Shown piece by piece: positions 23,744-34,208 of a stretch of 64,000 bases of DNA. Made by a program: the position numbers and the translations under genes. The first letter of the stretch is position 1; every line of letters starts with the position of its first letter. The notes below the pieces were generated by a model, which saw only the letters and a list, made by a program, of their open reading frames with translations, did not search any database and had not been told where the DNA came from. Source of the stretch: Gemmatimonas sp. (GTDB lineage Bacteria; Gemmatimonadota; Gemmatimonadetes; Gemmatimonadales; Gemmatimonadaceae); assembly GCA_031414535.1 (NCBI GenBank), contig JANNVQ010000057.1, positions 32,001 to 96,000 on the forward strand, given 5' to 3'.

Positions 23744-23840
23744 CCCGCCTAGTTTAGCATGGAGCCGTCTCATCCGCTTTGCCAGCCGCGCTTACGCTGC
23801 CCCGCCCTTCCAACTTCCGTCATCCATCATCCGTCCCTCA

Positions 23841-24620
23841 GTGCACATAACCATCCGCCCGTTCAGATCCCATTCTGATCGCGCCAAGTGCGTGGCCCTG
23901 CAGGAAGTCACCTGGGGCAGTGGCTTCACGGAGCGCGTCCCAGCCGCCATGCTGCTCGTCGCCCAAAAGCTCGGTGGCGTCTGCGCCGGCGCATTTGACG
24001 AAACCGACCGTATGCTCGGCTTCGTCTTTGGCGTGACGGGACTTAAGGACGGCGCGCTGGTACACTGGTCGGACATGCTGGCCGTGCACCCCGACGCGCA
24101 GGGCCATAAAATCGGCGAGCGTCTAAAGGATTATCAGCGCGAGCAATGCCGAGGGATGGGCATCGCAACGATCTATTGGACGTATGATCCGCTCGTCGCT
24201 CGAAACGCGCACCTCAACCTCTCGCGCATGGGCGCCCGCGCTGAGGAATACGTAGAAGCGATGTACGGCGAAGGCACGAACTCACCGCTCCAGGGCGATA
24301 TGCCAACGGATCGCTTTGTTGTCGCCTGGTCCGTTGATCCATCCCTCGGGGCCAACGCACTCGGTCCGATTCCCGAGGATACACCCGTGGTGGTGGCTCA
24401 CGATGCCATGGAGCACGCGTTCGTTAATGCATCGGCCATCGCGGTGCGCGTCCCACGCGACATCTCCGCTCTCGCAGCGACTGACATCACGCAGGCACGC
24501 CGCTGGCGCATGGCAACGCGGCGGGCATTCACGCACTACTTGGCGCGTGGCTATCGCGTCGCGGGATTCACTGCCGACGACGACGGCGGACGCTACCTCC
24601 TCTCCAAAGCGACTGACTGA
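23841..24620 (+). CDS. GNAT family acyltransferase (probable D-amino acid N-succinyltransferase)
   Basis: HWSDMLAV, WTYDPLVARNAHLNL and TDRFVVAW motifs, immediately upstream of the OSBS/NSAR gene. Confidence 0.8.
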   Translation: MHITIRPFRSHSDRAKCVALQEVTWGSGFTERVPAAMLLVAQKLGGVCAGAFDETDRMLGFVFGVTGLKDGALVHWSDMLAVHPDAQGHKIGERLKDYQREQCRGMGIATIYWTYDPLVARNAHLNLSRMGARAEEYVEAMYGEGTNSPLQGDMPTDRFVVAWSVDPSLGANALGPIPEDTPVVVAHDAMEHAFVNASAIAVRVPRDISALAATDITQARRWRMATRRAFTHYLARGYRVAGFTADDDGGRYLLSKATD

Positions 24621-25744
24621 TGATCCAGCTCGACCGCATCATCCTGCGTGAGATTCGCCTGCCGCTGCGCGAGCCGTTTCGCATTTCTTCCGGCGAGATG
24701 CGCGAACGTCGCATCCTCTTGCTTGAGCTCTTTGACCGCGATGGCGCGCACACCTGGGCGGAGTGCGTCGTGGACGACGCACCCAACTACTCGTACGAGA
24801 CCATTGATACGGCGTGGCCGACGATCACTCGTTGGTTGGCACCACGGCTCTTGGGGCAGCGTCTTGAATCGCACACCGATGTCCACGCGCTGCTCGAACG
24901 AGATCTCCGCGGGCACAACATGGCCAAAGCTTCGCTCGAGATGGGCTGCTGGGCCATTGCAGCCTTGCAGAACGATTTGCCCCTCGCCCGTCTGCTCGGC
25001 GGAACCCGCACGCGCATCGGCACTGGTATCTCACTTGGCATTCAACGCGATATCAACACACTTGTGCGGAAAGCGACCGAATCGCTCGCTGAGGGGTACC
25101 AGAAAATCAAGATTAAGATTATGCCTGGGCGCGACGTCGAGTGGGTGATGGCGGTGCGTCAGGCGGTGGGCGACGAGGCGCACCTGATGGCTGATGCCAA
25201 CAACGCCTACTCGCTCGCTGATGCCGACCGGCTGGCCCAACTCGACGCGCTCAATCTGATGATGATTGAGCAACCGCTTGCACACGATGACTTGCTGCGG
25301 CACGCCGAGTTGCAGAAGCGTCTCCAGACCCCGCTGTGCCTTGATGAATCCATCACGTCGTTGGACCGAGCGCAGGATATGGTGAGCCTGAACGCTGGAC
25401 GTATCATCAACATCAAGCCGGGACGTGTCGGCGGCTTTGCCCCAAGCCTCGCCATCCACGACTTCTGCGAAGAGCACGGCGTGCCTGTGTGGTGTGGCGG
25501 CATGCTCGAGAGCGGAGTTGGCCGCGCGTACAACGTGGCCTTGGCCTCGTTGCCGAATTTCACGCTGCCCGGCGATCTCTCGCCGAGCGCGCGCTATTGG
25601 ACGCAGGATATCGTCTCACCAGAGTGGACGATGGACGCTACAGGCATGGTGGATGTGCCCGTGAGTGCGTCGGGCATGGGTGTTGCTGTTGACGCCGAGC
25701 GCATCAAATCCCTAACGGTACGGACGGAGGAACTCCGCGCGTGA
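24620..25744 (+). CDS. menC: o-Succinylbenzoate synthase / N-succinylamino acid racemase (enolase superfamily)
   Basis: KIKIK, DANNAY, IEQP, LDES, NIKPGRVGG and WCGGMLESG motifs of the OSBS/NSAR subfamily. Confidence 0.88.
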   Translation: MIQLDRIILREIRLPLREPFRISSGEMRERRILLLELFDRDGAHTWAECVVDDAPNYSYETIDTAWPTITRWLAPRLLGQRLESHTDVHALLERDLRGHNMAKASLEMGCWAIAALQNDLPLARLLGGTRTRIGTGISLGIQRDINTLVRKATESLAEGYQKIKIKIMPGRDVEWVMAVRQAVGDEAHLMADANNAYSLADADRLAQLDALNLMMIEQPLAHDDLLRHAELQKRLQTPLCLDESITSLDRAQDMVSLNAGRIINIKPGRVGGFAPSLAIHDFCEEHGVPVWCGGMLESGVGRAYNVALASLPNFTLPGDLSPSARYWTQDIVSPEWTMDATGMVDVPVSASGMGVAVDAERIKSLTVRTEELRA

Positions 25745-26931
25745 GCAAGCTACCCGGAAGTATCGCTGCAATGTTCTCCGAAGCGGAACGCACCTTTCTC
25801 GTGGAGTTGCGGCGCTCCTTGCATCGCCGACCCGAGCTCTCGTGGAAGGAGACCCAAACGCAGGCCCGTCTGCGCGAAGCCCTTCTCGGCGTCGGCATCA
25901 CCGACATTCGCCAGACCGCAGGCACCGGTCTCGTGGCGCACATCCCCGGCCGCAGCGCTGGTGGTCCGAGCGTCGCCATCCGCGGCGACATTGATGCCCT
26001 CCCCATCCAAGAGGAGACGAATCTCCCCTTCAGTTCCATGCATGCCGGCGTGATGCACGCCTGCGGCCACGACATGCACGCCGCATGGGCGGTGGGTGCC
26101 GGGATGCTGCTCGCGCGCGATCCAGCCGTGGGCGAGGTGCGCATCCTGTTGCAACCGGCGGAAGAGCTTGGCGAAGGGGCACCGCGTGTGTTGGCCGATG
26201 GTGCGCTCGATGGCGTAAAGGCCATTTTTGGCGGCCACGTGGATTGGCGTTTTTCGCTTGGTGAAGTTGTTGCCTCACCGGGTCCTCTCGCCGCGAGCAC
26301 GGACACATTTGAAATCACGTTCAAGGGTCGCGGTGGGCACGGCGCACGTCCGCAGGACACGCTCGACCCTATCGTTGGGATGGCGGCGTTTGTAAGCGAC
26401 GTGCAGACGATTGTGTCACGCCGCCTTGATCCTGCGCTGCCAGGCGTCGTCACCATTGGCATGCTCCACGCAGGTTCGGCGCCGAATGTCATCCCTGAAG
26501 TCGCACACTGTGGCGGCACCATTCGTGCGACTACGCCGGAAACGCGCGCATTGCTCTGCGAGGAGTTGGAACGACTCGCGACGGCGGTAGCCGCCGCGCA
26601 CCGGCTCACTGCCGAAGTCACGCTACGCGAAGGCACGCCTCCGTTGATGAACGGGGCGAGATCTGCGGCATGGGCGCAGGAAGTTGTCACGGATCTGCTC
26701 GGCGCTGATGCGCTAAAGTCCCTGGCCGTGGCAAATATGGGCGGCGAGGATTTTGCGTTCTATACCGAGCAGATCGAAGGCTGCTTCCTACGCATCGGCA
26801 CGTTGAGCGAAGGGCGTTCGCGCGCTGGGGTCCATACGCCGCGCTTTGATCCGGACGAAGATGCGCTCTTTGTCGCGTCTGCGGTGCTCGCCGAGTGTGC
26901 ACGGCGTGCTTCAGCTGCACTGCACGCGTGA
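25741..26931 (+). CDS. M20D family amidohydrolase
   Basis: LHRRPELS, RGDIDALP, MHACGHD, QPAEE and MGGEDF motifs. Confidence 0.92.
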   Translation: MSKLPGSIAAMFSEAERTFLVELRRSLHRRPELSWKETQTQARLREALLGVGITDIRQTAGTGLVAHIPGRSAGGPSVAIRGDIDALPIQEETNLPFSSMHAGVMHACGHDMHAAWAVGAGMLLARDPAVGEVRILLQPAEELGEGAPRVLADGALDGVKAIFGGHVDWRFSLGEVVASPGPLAASTDTFEITFKGRGGHGARPQDTLDPIVGMAAFVSDVQTIVSRRLDPALPGVVTIGMLHAGSAPNVIPEVAHCGGTIRATTPETRALLCEELERLATAVAAAHRLTAEVTLREGTPPLMNGARSAAWAQEVVTDLLGADALKSLAVANMGGEDFAFYTEQIEGCFLRIGTLSEGRSRAGVHTPRFDPDEDALFVASAVLAECARRASAALHA

Positions 26932-27950
26932 GCAAACGACCTGAAATCGTTACCATTGATGCTGCGTCACCAGACGCCGCAGTCATTGCACGTGCCGCGC
27001 GCATCATCAGGGATGGAGGCCTGGTGGCGATGCCAACAGAAACGGTGTATGGCCTCGCAGCGAACGCGCTCGATGAAGCGGCGATTGCGCGCATTTACGC
27101 GGCGAAGGGTCGGCCCTCGCACAATCCGCTGATTGCCCACGTGGCAGACGCGGCGCAGGCCGAGTCCTTGGCGGCCCAGTGGCCGACGATGGCGCGCGAG
27201 CTGGCGGCCCGCTTTTGGCCCGGCCCGCTCACGCTCGTCGTTCGGAAGAAAGCGATGATTCCAACTGCCCTCACGGCCGGCCTCGACACCTTTGGCGTGC
27301 GCGTGCCTGATCATCCTGTGGCGCTCGCTCTTATTCGAGCGGCGGGTGTGCCCATCGCGGCGCCGAGTGCCAATCAGTTTACGGAAGTCTCACCGGTGAC
27401 GGCGGCGCAGGTGGCGCGCGGCCTTGGTGCCGCGGTAGATCTCATTCTCGATGCCGGTCACACTCGTGTGGGGCTCGAAAGCACGGTCGTTGATGTGAGT
27501 GGAGGGCGGCCCGTGTTGCTGCGGCCCGGTATGATTTCGCGTGAGGAGATTGAGGCAATCGTCGGACCGGTGGGACGTGCCCAAGCGGCCGAGAGCGAAG
27601 AAGCTCCTCGCGCCGCGCCTGGGATGATTGCTCGGCATTATGCACCGAAGATGCCGATGCGCGTGGTTGCGGCCGCCGATTTTCTACGCGTGTTCGACGA
27701 ATCCACAGCGCAGCGCATGCCGGCCCGTGTGGGTGTGCTCACTCATTCGCTTGATGTGCCGACACCTGCCGGCTTTCGGCAGCGCCTGCCCTCCACTCCT
27801 GAGGGGTACGCGGTCGCACTTTACGACGCCCTGCATGAAGCGGGCGCCGAGGAAGCGCGCTGCGATTTGCTGCTCGTGGAGGCGGTTCCGGACGACAGTG
27901 CCTGGGACGCCATCCGCGACCGCTTGGAGCGAGCCGCGCACTCTGCATAG
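26928..27950 (+). CDS. sua5: L-threonylcarbamoyladenylate synthase (Sua5/YrdC with Sua5 C-terminal domain)
   Basis: PTETVYGL, KGRPSHNPLI, FWPGPLT, APSAN and PGMIARHYAP motifs. GTG start overlaps the upstream stop. Confidence 0.93.
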   Translation: MSKRPEIVTIDAASPDAAVIARAARIIRDGGLVAMPTETVYGLAANALDEAAIARIYAAKGRPSHNPLIAHVADAAQAESLAAQWPTMARELAARFWPGPLTLVVRKKAMIPTALTAGLDTFGVRVPDHPVALALIRAAGVPIAAPSANQFTEVSPVTAAQVARGLGAAVDLILDAGHTRVGLESTVVDVSGGRPVLLRPGMISREEIEAIVGPVGRAQAAESEEAPRAAPGMIARHYAPKMPMRVVAAADFLRVFDESTAQRMPARVGVLTHSLDVPTPAGFRQRLPSTPEGYAVALYDALHEAGAEEARCDLLLVEAVPDDSAWDAIRDRLERAAHSA

Positions 27951-28009
27951 GCCTGCTCTGTATTCCTCCTACCCTTGCCCTCAGGCGCCGGGCGCCTTGA
28001 TTTCATCAT

Positions 28010-28924
28010 ATGCTGACTCTCGATCTTACGGGCAAGCGCGCCCTCGTTGCCGGTGTCGCCGATGACGGCGGTTTCGGCTTTGCTATCGCCAAGGCTCTCA
28101 TTGAAGCCGGCGCCACTGTGTGCGTCGCCACCTGGCCGCCCGCACTCAACATTTTTTTGAACCTGCTTGAGCGCGGCAAGATGGATGAGTCCCGCAAGCT
28201 GCCCGACGGCTCGCTGCTCTCGTTCGAGAAGATTTATCCGCTCGACGCCGTCTATGACTCACTCGAGGACGCGCCGCAGGACCTACGCGAGAGCAAGCGA
28301 TATAAGGACGTCGGCGACTTCTCCATCAATGGCCTCGCGGCGCGCATGCGGGCGGATTTTGGTGATCAGCCGCTCGACATCGTCGTGCATTCGCTGGCCA
28401 ATGGCCCCGAAGTGAAGAAGGCCTTGATGGACACCAGCCGCGCCGGCTACCTCGCTGCCGTGAGCGCGAGCGCCTACTCAATGGTCTCCATGGTACGCGC
28501 CTTTGGCCCGATGATGCGGCAAGGCGGAAGTTTTGCCTCGCTCACCTACATGGCCAGCGAGCGAGCGATTCCCGGCTACGGCGGTGGCATGAGCTCGGCC
28601 AAGGCTGCACTTGAGAGCGATACGCGCGTGCTCGCCTTCGAGGCGGGTCGCAAGTACGGCATACGCGTGAACACCGTCTCCGCGGGCCCGTATGCATCAC
28701 GTGCGGCGAGCGCCATCGGGATCATTGATGCGATGGTGAAGTACTGCGCGACCAACACGCCGCTGCCACAAGTACTCGAGGCGCGTGAAGTGGGAACGGC
28801 AACCACCTTCCTCTGCTCACCGCTGGCGTCTGGCATCACCGGCACCACGCTCTACGTGGACAAGGGCTATCACTCTATGGGGATGGCGGTAGACGGCGCG
28901 ACGGTACCCAGTTTTGGTGCGTAG
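28010..28924 (+). CDS. fabI: Enoyl-ACP reductase, long (plastid/Chlamydia-like) form
   Basis: [48 protein letters not shown] and YVDKG motifs. Confidence 0.92.
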   Translation: MLTLDLTGKRALVAGVADDGGFGFAIAKALIEAGATVCVATWPPALNIFLNLLERGKMDESRKLPDGSLLSFEKIYPLDAVYDSLEDAPQDLRESKRYKDVGDFSINGLAARMRADFGDQPLDIVVHSLANGPEVKKALMDTSRAGYLAAVSASAYSMVSMVRAFGPMMRQGGSFASLTYMASERAIPGYGGGMSSAKAALESDTRVLAFEAGRKYGIRVNTVSAGPYASRAASAIGIIDAMVKYCATNTPLPQVLEAREVGTATTFLCSPLASGITGTTLYVDKGYHSMGMAVDGATVPSFGA

Positions 28925-30646
28925 CTAAGGCGTGAACACTTCCATCACGACTTTGCCATTATTTGCCACATCGTATCCACCCAGCACGTAGAGCTTTCCG
29001 TTGTACACAATCCCACGCGCGCCAATACGCGGGGTGGGCATTGGCGCGACGCTGGTCCAGCTATTCGTCCCTGGCACGTACTTTTCCACTGAGTTCAGGA
29101 CAGTGCCGTTGAAGCCACCGACGGCGTACAACGCGCCGCCAATTGACGCCAACACGAAGCCGCGCCGTGGGGTTTGCATCGGCGCCAGCGTACTCCAAGA
29201 ATTGGTGTTCGGGTTGTACGCTTCTAGCGTACCGAGGTGCACATCCCCGACGCCAAGTCCGCCGGCTACGTAGAAAAGTCCGCCGAGTTCGGCGCCCCCG
29301 GCTTCTCGCCGTGGCGTGGGCATTGCTGCCCTCGTTGTCCAAGTTCCGGCGCTGTCTGTCGCCGGATTGAAGGCTTCTAGACGATCAGTAGGCGCAGGGT
29401 CCAGTCGGCCACCCGCCACGTAGATCACACCGTTTATGGCCGCGCTGACGGCGTCGGCGCGTGCGCCCAGCGGCATCGGTGCGCGAGGCCGCCAGTTGCC
29501 GGTCGCCGGCTCGAATGACCACATCTCATTAATCAGGACCGCGTTGTTGGTACCACCGGCAGCGTACAGCAGATTGCCCACCACACTCACCGCCGCTGAC
29601 GTCTGCACGCTCGGACGTGATGGGAGCGTGGCCCACGAACCACCGGGAAGTGAAATGGACTCCACATCCTGCCGGTGCTGCGGCGGCGGGTTGTTGAATC
29701 CTCCAGCTGCAATGGCGACCCCGTTTACTACCGCGAACGAAAAATGCCAACGTGGCACCGACATACTTGGCCCCGCTATCCATCCGGAGAGAGGGGCCGT
29801 TACCGTAATCATCGCGGTGTCCGCCTTGCCCTCACTTGAGACTTCAATGCGCGCAGTGCCTGCCAGAAGGCCTGTCACCACACCGCTTTGAGTCACCGTG
29901 GCAATACTAGGGTTAAGCGTAGCCCACGAGATTGCGCGATCTGACAGAACGTTGTTCGCCGCATCGCGCACTACAGCGGCTAGAGTTACCGACTCGTCAA
30001 CGAGGATGGTGTCGGCGCGGGGCGCCACGCTGACGCTTGCCACGGGCGCGACCAGCACAGTGACCGACGCCACCGCGCTGATGCCTTCGCTGGTCGCCGT
30101 TACGAGGGTCGAACCAGCGCTGACTCCCGTGACAAGTCCACCCGTGCTCACGCTCGCCGTGCTCGGCGCGAGAGATGTCCAAGTGACGGTGCGACCAGTC
30201 AGGAGCGTGCCGTTCGTAGCTCTCGTGGTTGCGACTATCTGCTGGTTCGCACCCACCAGCATCGTGAACGTGCTGGGCACCAGTTCAAGCAGCCCTACTG
30301 CTTCAATGACGTTCACCGTGAACTGGCCCACCACTCCGCCGCACGTGACTGACACCACGGTAGTTCCAGCTGCAAGTGCCGTGACGAGTCCCGTACTCGA
30401 TACCGAGGCAACGCTCCCCACGCTTGATGCCCAAGTCAGGGGTCGGTCCGTGAGCAATGAGTCCGTCGTGCTACGCACCTTCACTGTGAGCTGCGTAGTC
30501 TGTCCGATTGTTAGCGGAGCAGCACTGCCTGACACCAGCACGAGGCCCACGGTTACAGTAGGCGGAGGATCAGTCACATCGCGACACCCAAGCGAAAGCA
30601 ACGCGAAGAACGCAAGCGAAACGCACCATCCTGAGTGGAGGCGCAT
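28925..30646 (-). CDS. Lipoprotein with three Ig-like (Big_2) domains and a Kelch propeller
   Basis: Lipobox LSLGC, three W(A/T)S...VASVS..G.VT repeats and six Kelch repeats (YxxGG...W...APMPTPR). Confidence 0.88.
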   Translation of the reverse strand: MRLHSGWCVSLAFFALLSLGCRDVTDPPPTVTVGLVLVSGSAAPLTIGQTTQLTVKVRSTTDSLLTDRPLTWASSVGSVASVSSTGLVTALAAGTTVVSVTCGGVVGQFTVNVIEAVGLLELVPSTFTMLVGANQQIVATTRATNGTLLTGRTVTWTSLAPSTASVSTGGLVTGVSAGSTLVTATSEGISAVASVTVLVAPVASVSVAPRADTILVDESVTLAAVVRDAANNVLSDRAISWATLNPSIATVTQSGVVTGLLAGTARIEVSSEGKADTAMITVTAPLSGWIAGPSMSVPRWHFSFAVVNGVAIAAGGFNNPPPQHRQDVESISLPGGSWATLPSRPSVQTSAAVSVVGNLLYAAGGTNNAVLINEMWSFEPATGNWRPRAPMPLGARADAVSAAINGVIYVAGGRLDPAPTDRLEAFNPATDSAGTWTTRAAMPTPRREAGGAELGGLFYVAGGLGVGDVHLGTLEAYNPNTNSWSTLAPMQTPRRGFVLASIGGALYAVGGFNGTVLNSVEKYVPGTNSWTSVAPMPTPRIGARGIVYNGKLYVLGGYDVANNGKVVMEVFTP

Positions 30647-30680
30647 AGCCGATCTCCAGGCCGGGACGCGACGACGGGTG

Positions 30681-31553
30681 CTACTGTCGCCGTGCTCTAA
30701 TGTTGGTCAATCCGGCAGTAGCCGCAACTCCACCAAGAATGCAGGCGCATCCAATCAGCATCATCGGCGTGGCCACTTCATTGAGAAACAACCAACCCCA
30801 AATCATTCCAAAGAGCGGAATGAGGTAGGTCACGGCCATCGCGCCAGTGGCACCCACGCGCTCGAGCAGCCGGAAGTACAGAATGTTGCCGACCGCGGTC
30901 GCAAGTACAGCAAGCGCCATCGTCGCGCCCCAGGCCTTTACCGACGGCGTGGTGCTTGGCCAAGTCAGAGCCGCAGGGAGGGCGAGTACCACGACTGACA
31001 CGACAAGACTTCCCGCCGCTACCACGAGCGAAGGCGTTCCGGGTAGCAGACGCCAGGTGAGGTGGGCGGAGAGCGCGTACATGGATGCTGCGGAAAGCGC
31101 GGCGGCAATGGCAAGCGCCCCACCATCCACACGGAGGTCCTGCGAAGCCAGCAAGGCAACGCCCGCAAAGCCAATGGCAAGTCCGAGCGTGCGCATCATT
31201 CGTGGACGCTCGCCGAAAAACAACGTTCCAAAGACCGCGCCAAACAATGGCACGGTGGCATTGAGTACGGCGGCGAATCCCGCGGGCACCGTGCGCGTGG
31301 CGAACGCGAAGAGCACGAATGGCACAGCCGTATTCAGGGTGCCAATCATGCCAAGCGCGAGCCAGCGACCTTTGAACTCTCCAAGTTTTCGCTGGGCGGC
31401 CACAAGCGCGAGCAGCAGCACCGCGGCAACGCTCACACGCACTTCAACTAGAGCCACGGGGCCAAACTCCGGAACGGCGATTCGCGTGAACAGGAATGCC
31501 GCGCCCCAGATGGCGCCGAGAAAAAGCAGGTCAAAGGCTTCGCGAGGAGACAC
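30681..31553 (-). CDS. DMT/EamA family transporter
   Basis: About 10 TM helices with GAIWGAAFLF and VTYLIPLFG patterns. Confidence 0.9.
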   Translation of the reverse strand: MSPREAFDLLFLGAIWGAAFLFTRIAVPEFGPVALVEVRVSVAAVLLLALVAAQRKLGEFKGRWLALGMIGTLNTAVPFVLFAFATRTVPAGFAAVLNATVPLFGAVFGTLFFGERPRMMRTLGLAIGFAGVALLASQDLRVDGGALAIAAALSAASMYALSAHLTWRLLPGTPSLVVAAGSLVVSVVVLALPAALTWPSTTPSVKAWGATMALAVLATAVGNILYFRLLERVGATGAMAVTYLIPLFGMIWGWLFLNEVATPMMLIGCACILGGVAATAGLTNIRARRQ

Positions 31554-31640
31554 GCAGGGAACTTAGCGCCAGAGGAAACCCTCAGGCGGCGGCAGGCAAC
31601 AAATCTTGCGACCTCGGTGTAGTTTCTTTTTTCGGAGGCG

Positions 31641-32777
31641 TTGATCCTCGTGCGCAGCGCGGTCTTGCCATCACTCGTCGCAGCACTGCTGCTTGCCTCT
31701 GTCACCGAGCTCGCGGCCCAAGGCAGCACCATCACCGTTCGTCCCCCTCGCATCACGGGTGGCGCGATTGCGGGTGTGGTGCGCGACGATAAGGGTAACG
31801 TGCTTGAGGATGTGCGCATCCTCATCGAGAACCTTACCCGCCAAACCCGTAGCGCCACAGACGGCGCCTTCATACTCGAAGGCCTGCCGGCGGGCCCGCA
31901 TCGGGTGCGCTTCCGCAAGCTTGGCTATCAGGAGGCTCAGGCTGACATCAGCGTCAGCGCCGATAGCGCCATCACGGTCGGGGTTACGCTCGTCCCGGTA
32001 GCAGAGCAACTGGATGCCGTGGTCATCGAGGCTACCATTCTCAATCAGGTCACGGGGCTCGTCACGGACGAAAGTGGCACGCCGCTCGAAGGCGTCGTGA
32101 TCGAGCTCCTCGGCCTGAACGTACGGCTGGAGACCAATGCTGCTGGCCGCTACGTGCTCTTGGACTTGAAGCCCGGCAATTACCTGATGCAGTTCCGGGC
32201 GCCAGGCTACCGCGTGAGTCAGTATGGCCTGCGCATGGTGGCCCAGATTGAGCGCGATATCACGACCAAGCTTCAGCGCGCACGCACCGGCGATCTCATG
32301 ACGGCACAGGTTGCGGCTGCAGTCGCGCTTGAGGCCAACCGTCGGCATTCACTGCGCGGTGGACAGTCGCTCATCATGGGCCGCGACGAGTTGGAGCGCT
32401 TCGATGTCGCACCACTGGGCGTGGCGCTGGGCAACTCGCGGGCGACCTTGTTGCTGAGAGAGATCAATAGCAGTTGCATTCTGATCAACGGATACGAACC
32501 GCTCTCCTCATCAACGGCGGCGGAGCAGATTGCGTCGCAGTCAACCACTGGCGCTGGCACCAGCATCTTTCGGAACACACCGGCCACGGCACGAGCTACT
32601 GGTCCCTCTCAGCCGGGTGGCTGGCTGAACTTCTTCCGCGCCAACGAAGTGGAGATGTTGGAGCTGTACACTCCCGGTAGCGAGAACTCCCGCACACTCT
32701 GTGGGCGGTTTCCGGCGAGCAGCGGCTGCTCGTGCCCACCGGAGCCATCGGGCATCGTGATTTGGTTGCGGCGCTGA
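31641..32777 (+). CDS. Secreted protein with two carboxypeptidase-regulatory-like domains
   Basis: Two repeats of I.G.V.D..G.(P)LE.V...T...G.F.L..L..G...FR..GY, plus a signal peptide. Confidence 0.75.
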   Translation: MILVRSAVLPSLVAALLLASVTELAAQGSTITVRPPRITGGAIAGVVRDDKGNVLEDVRILIENLTRQTRSATDGAFILEGLPAGPHRVRFRKLGYQEAQADISVSADSAITVGVTLVPVAEQLDAVVIEATILNQVTGLVTDESGTPLEGVVIELLGLNVRLETNAAGRYVLLDLKPGNYLMQFRAPGYRVSQYGLRMVAQIERDITTKLQRARTGDLMTAQVAAAVALEANRRHSLRGGQSLIMGRDELERFDVAPLGVALGNSRATLLLREINSSCILINGYEPLSSSTAAEQIASQSTTGAGTSIFRNTPATARATGPSQPGGWLNFFRANEVEMLELYTPGSENSRTLCGRFPASSGCSCPPEPSGIVIWLRR

Positions 32778-32790
32778 AATCTGCGGCTCC

Positions 32791-33627
32791 TCAGCGAGGA
32801 TGCGGGCGGGCGCAAAGCGCTTCAATTTCCTTCAGAATACCGTCCACAGACGCCTCGACAATTGCGCGCCCCTTCTCGCGCGTCGCCAGCGTAGCATCGC
32901 CCCATACGCCGGAGGCCGAGTAGGTACCGCGTCCGTTGGGGTTGCGCGTGAGGCCGCCTTCGCCGCGCGGCGAATCGTCGCGCACGGCTTTGGACATGTC
33001 CACGCGCTCCGGTGCCATGTAGAGAATCGCAGACGTTTCGGTTTCGTCCGCGTGCGTGCCGCGCACTTGCTGGCTGACGCGCTCCTCCACCGGGCCGGCA
33101 ATCGTGCCGATGTTCGTGTACTCAAACAGAATCCCCTCCGCGCGTAGAATCTCGGCCGAGGCCGCGAGCGGACGCAGCGTGGAGATGCCCGTATTGAGCA
33201 CGTAGAACTTGCGCGGCCCATACGCGGCGAGGCTCCGCACGATATCCACGATCAAGTCCCGCGCCGTTTCGAAGCGTAGCGTCGTGGAGCCCGGATACTC
33301 CACGAACGACGGATAGAAGTGGTAGTTCACCGTCGGTGCGATGATCACTGGGGCGGCTGCGAGCACGCGCGCGCGATAGTACTCGGCCAGCGTGCGGTCG
33401 TTGTCGAGTCGCAGGTGCGGACCGTGCTCCTTGGCCTCGGCGCCGAGTGGAATCACGATGACTGCGTCTCGCGTGAGTACGCGCTCGGCTTCGAGCCAAG
33501 TGAGATCGCCAAGCACGAGGGCGCGCTGACCTGCGGCGGGCTGTGGCATCTGGGCAGGCGGCACCTGCGCCTGCGCTACGCTGGCAACCATCAGGAGTGG
33601 TACCGCTACTCGAAGTAGTGCGCGCAT
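32791..33627 (-). CDS. Creatininase family protein
   Basis: PLGAEAKEHGPHL, YPGSTTL, HADETETS and SGVWGDAT motifs. Confidence 0.88.
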   Translation of the reverse strand: MRALLRVAVPLLMVASVAQAQVPPAQMPQPAAGQRALVLGDLTWLEAERVLTRDAVIVIPLGAEAKEHGPHLRLDNDRTLAEYYRARVLAAAPVIIAPTVNYHFYPSFVEYPGSTTLRFETARDLIVDIVRSLAAYGPRKFYVLNTGISTLRPLAASAEILRAEGILFEYTNIGTIAGPVEERVSQQVRGTHADETETSAILYMAPERVDMSKAVRDDSPRGEGGLTRNPNGRGTYSASGVWGDATLATREKGRAIVEASVDGILKEIEALCARPHPR

Positions 33628-33713
33628 TGTTCGTTCCTCGTTTCAGCGTGAGGGCCTACGATGCTGCGCGGTCGCACAATCAACCTTCGAGCATCGCGAC
33701 CTTGCCTGCGCCG

Positions 33714-34208
33714 TCACCTCAGTTGCTTGATGAACATCTGTACGGCGTGGATGCCATCTGCGTACGCGCGCAAGCCAACTGCGCTGTAGCCAAGCGCCTC
33801 GTGAAACGCGATGGACGTTGGATTCGGCGGTCGCACATTCACCTCAAGAGCAACGCAGGGCCAAACGCCGGCCTGGACTCGGTGCAAGTCATCGTACATC
33901 GCGCGCCCGACGCCCGCACGCCGCAATCGTGGTGACACCGCAACCCGATCAAGGTAAAGAAAGCGCGCATAGCGCTCGCCAAACCACTTGTAATTCCCAC
34001 TCCAATACTCCGTCCCCGACGGAATGCACAACACGAAGCCGAGGAGCCCCTGAGGGTCCTCGGCTAACGTGAAATGCTCGTTCAGCAATACAATCCGCGC
34101 AAACTCATCCGCTGTCAGCGCATTCACGTGCGGCACCTGCGAATTGTTGAGCGCCAGCACCGCCGCGTGATCCGCGGCGGTGGCTGGTCTCAGCGTGAAG
34201 CCACTCAC
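33714..34208 (-). CDS. GNAT family N-acetyltransferase
   Basis: YLDRVAV...RRAGVGRAMY acetyl-CoA motif and EVNVRPPN..S..FH..LGY. Confidence 0.85.
   Translation of the reverse strand: MSGFTLRPATAADHAAVLALNNSQVPHVNALTADEFARIVLLNEHFTLAEDPQGLLGFVLCIPSGTEYWSGNYKWFGERYARFLYLDRVAVSPRLRRAGVGRAMYDDLHRVQAGVWPCVALEVNVRPPNPTSIAFHEALGYSAVGLRAYADGIHAVQMFIKQLR

Noticed and set aside
29898..30998. 366-aa plus-strand ORF (and similar long shadows such as 6750-8216, 53212-54201, 58026-59045)
   Set aside because: Each overlaps a well-supported gene on the opposite strand and has no motifs.
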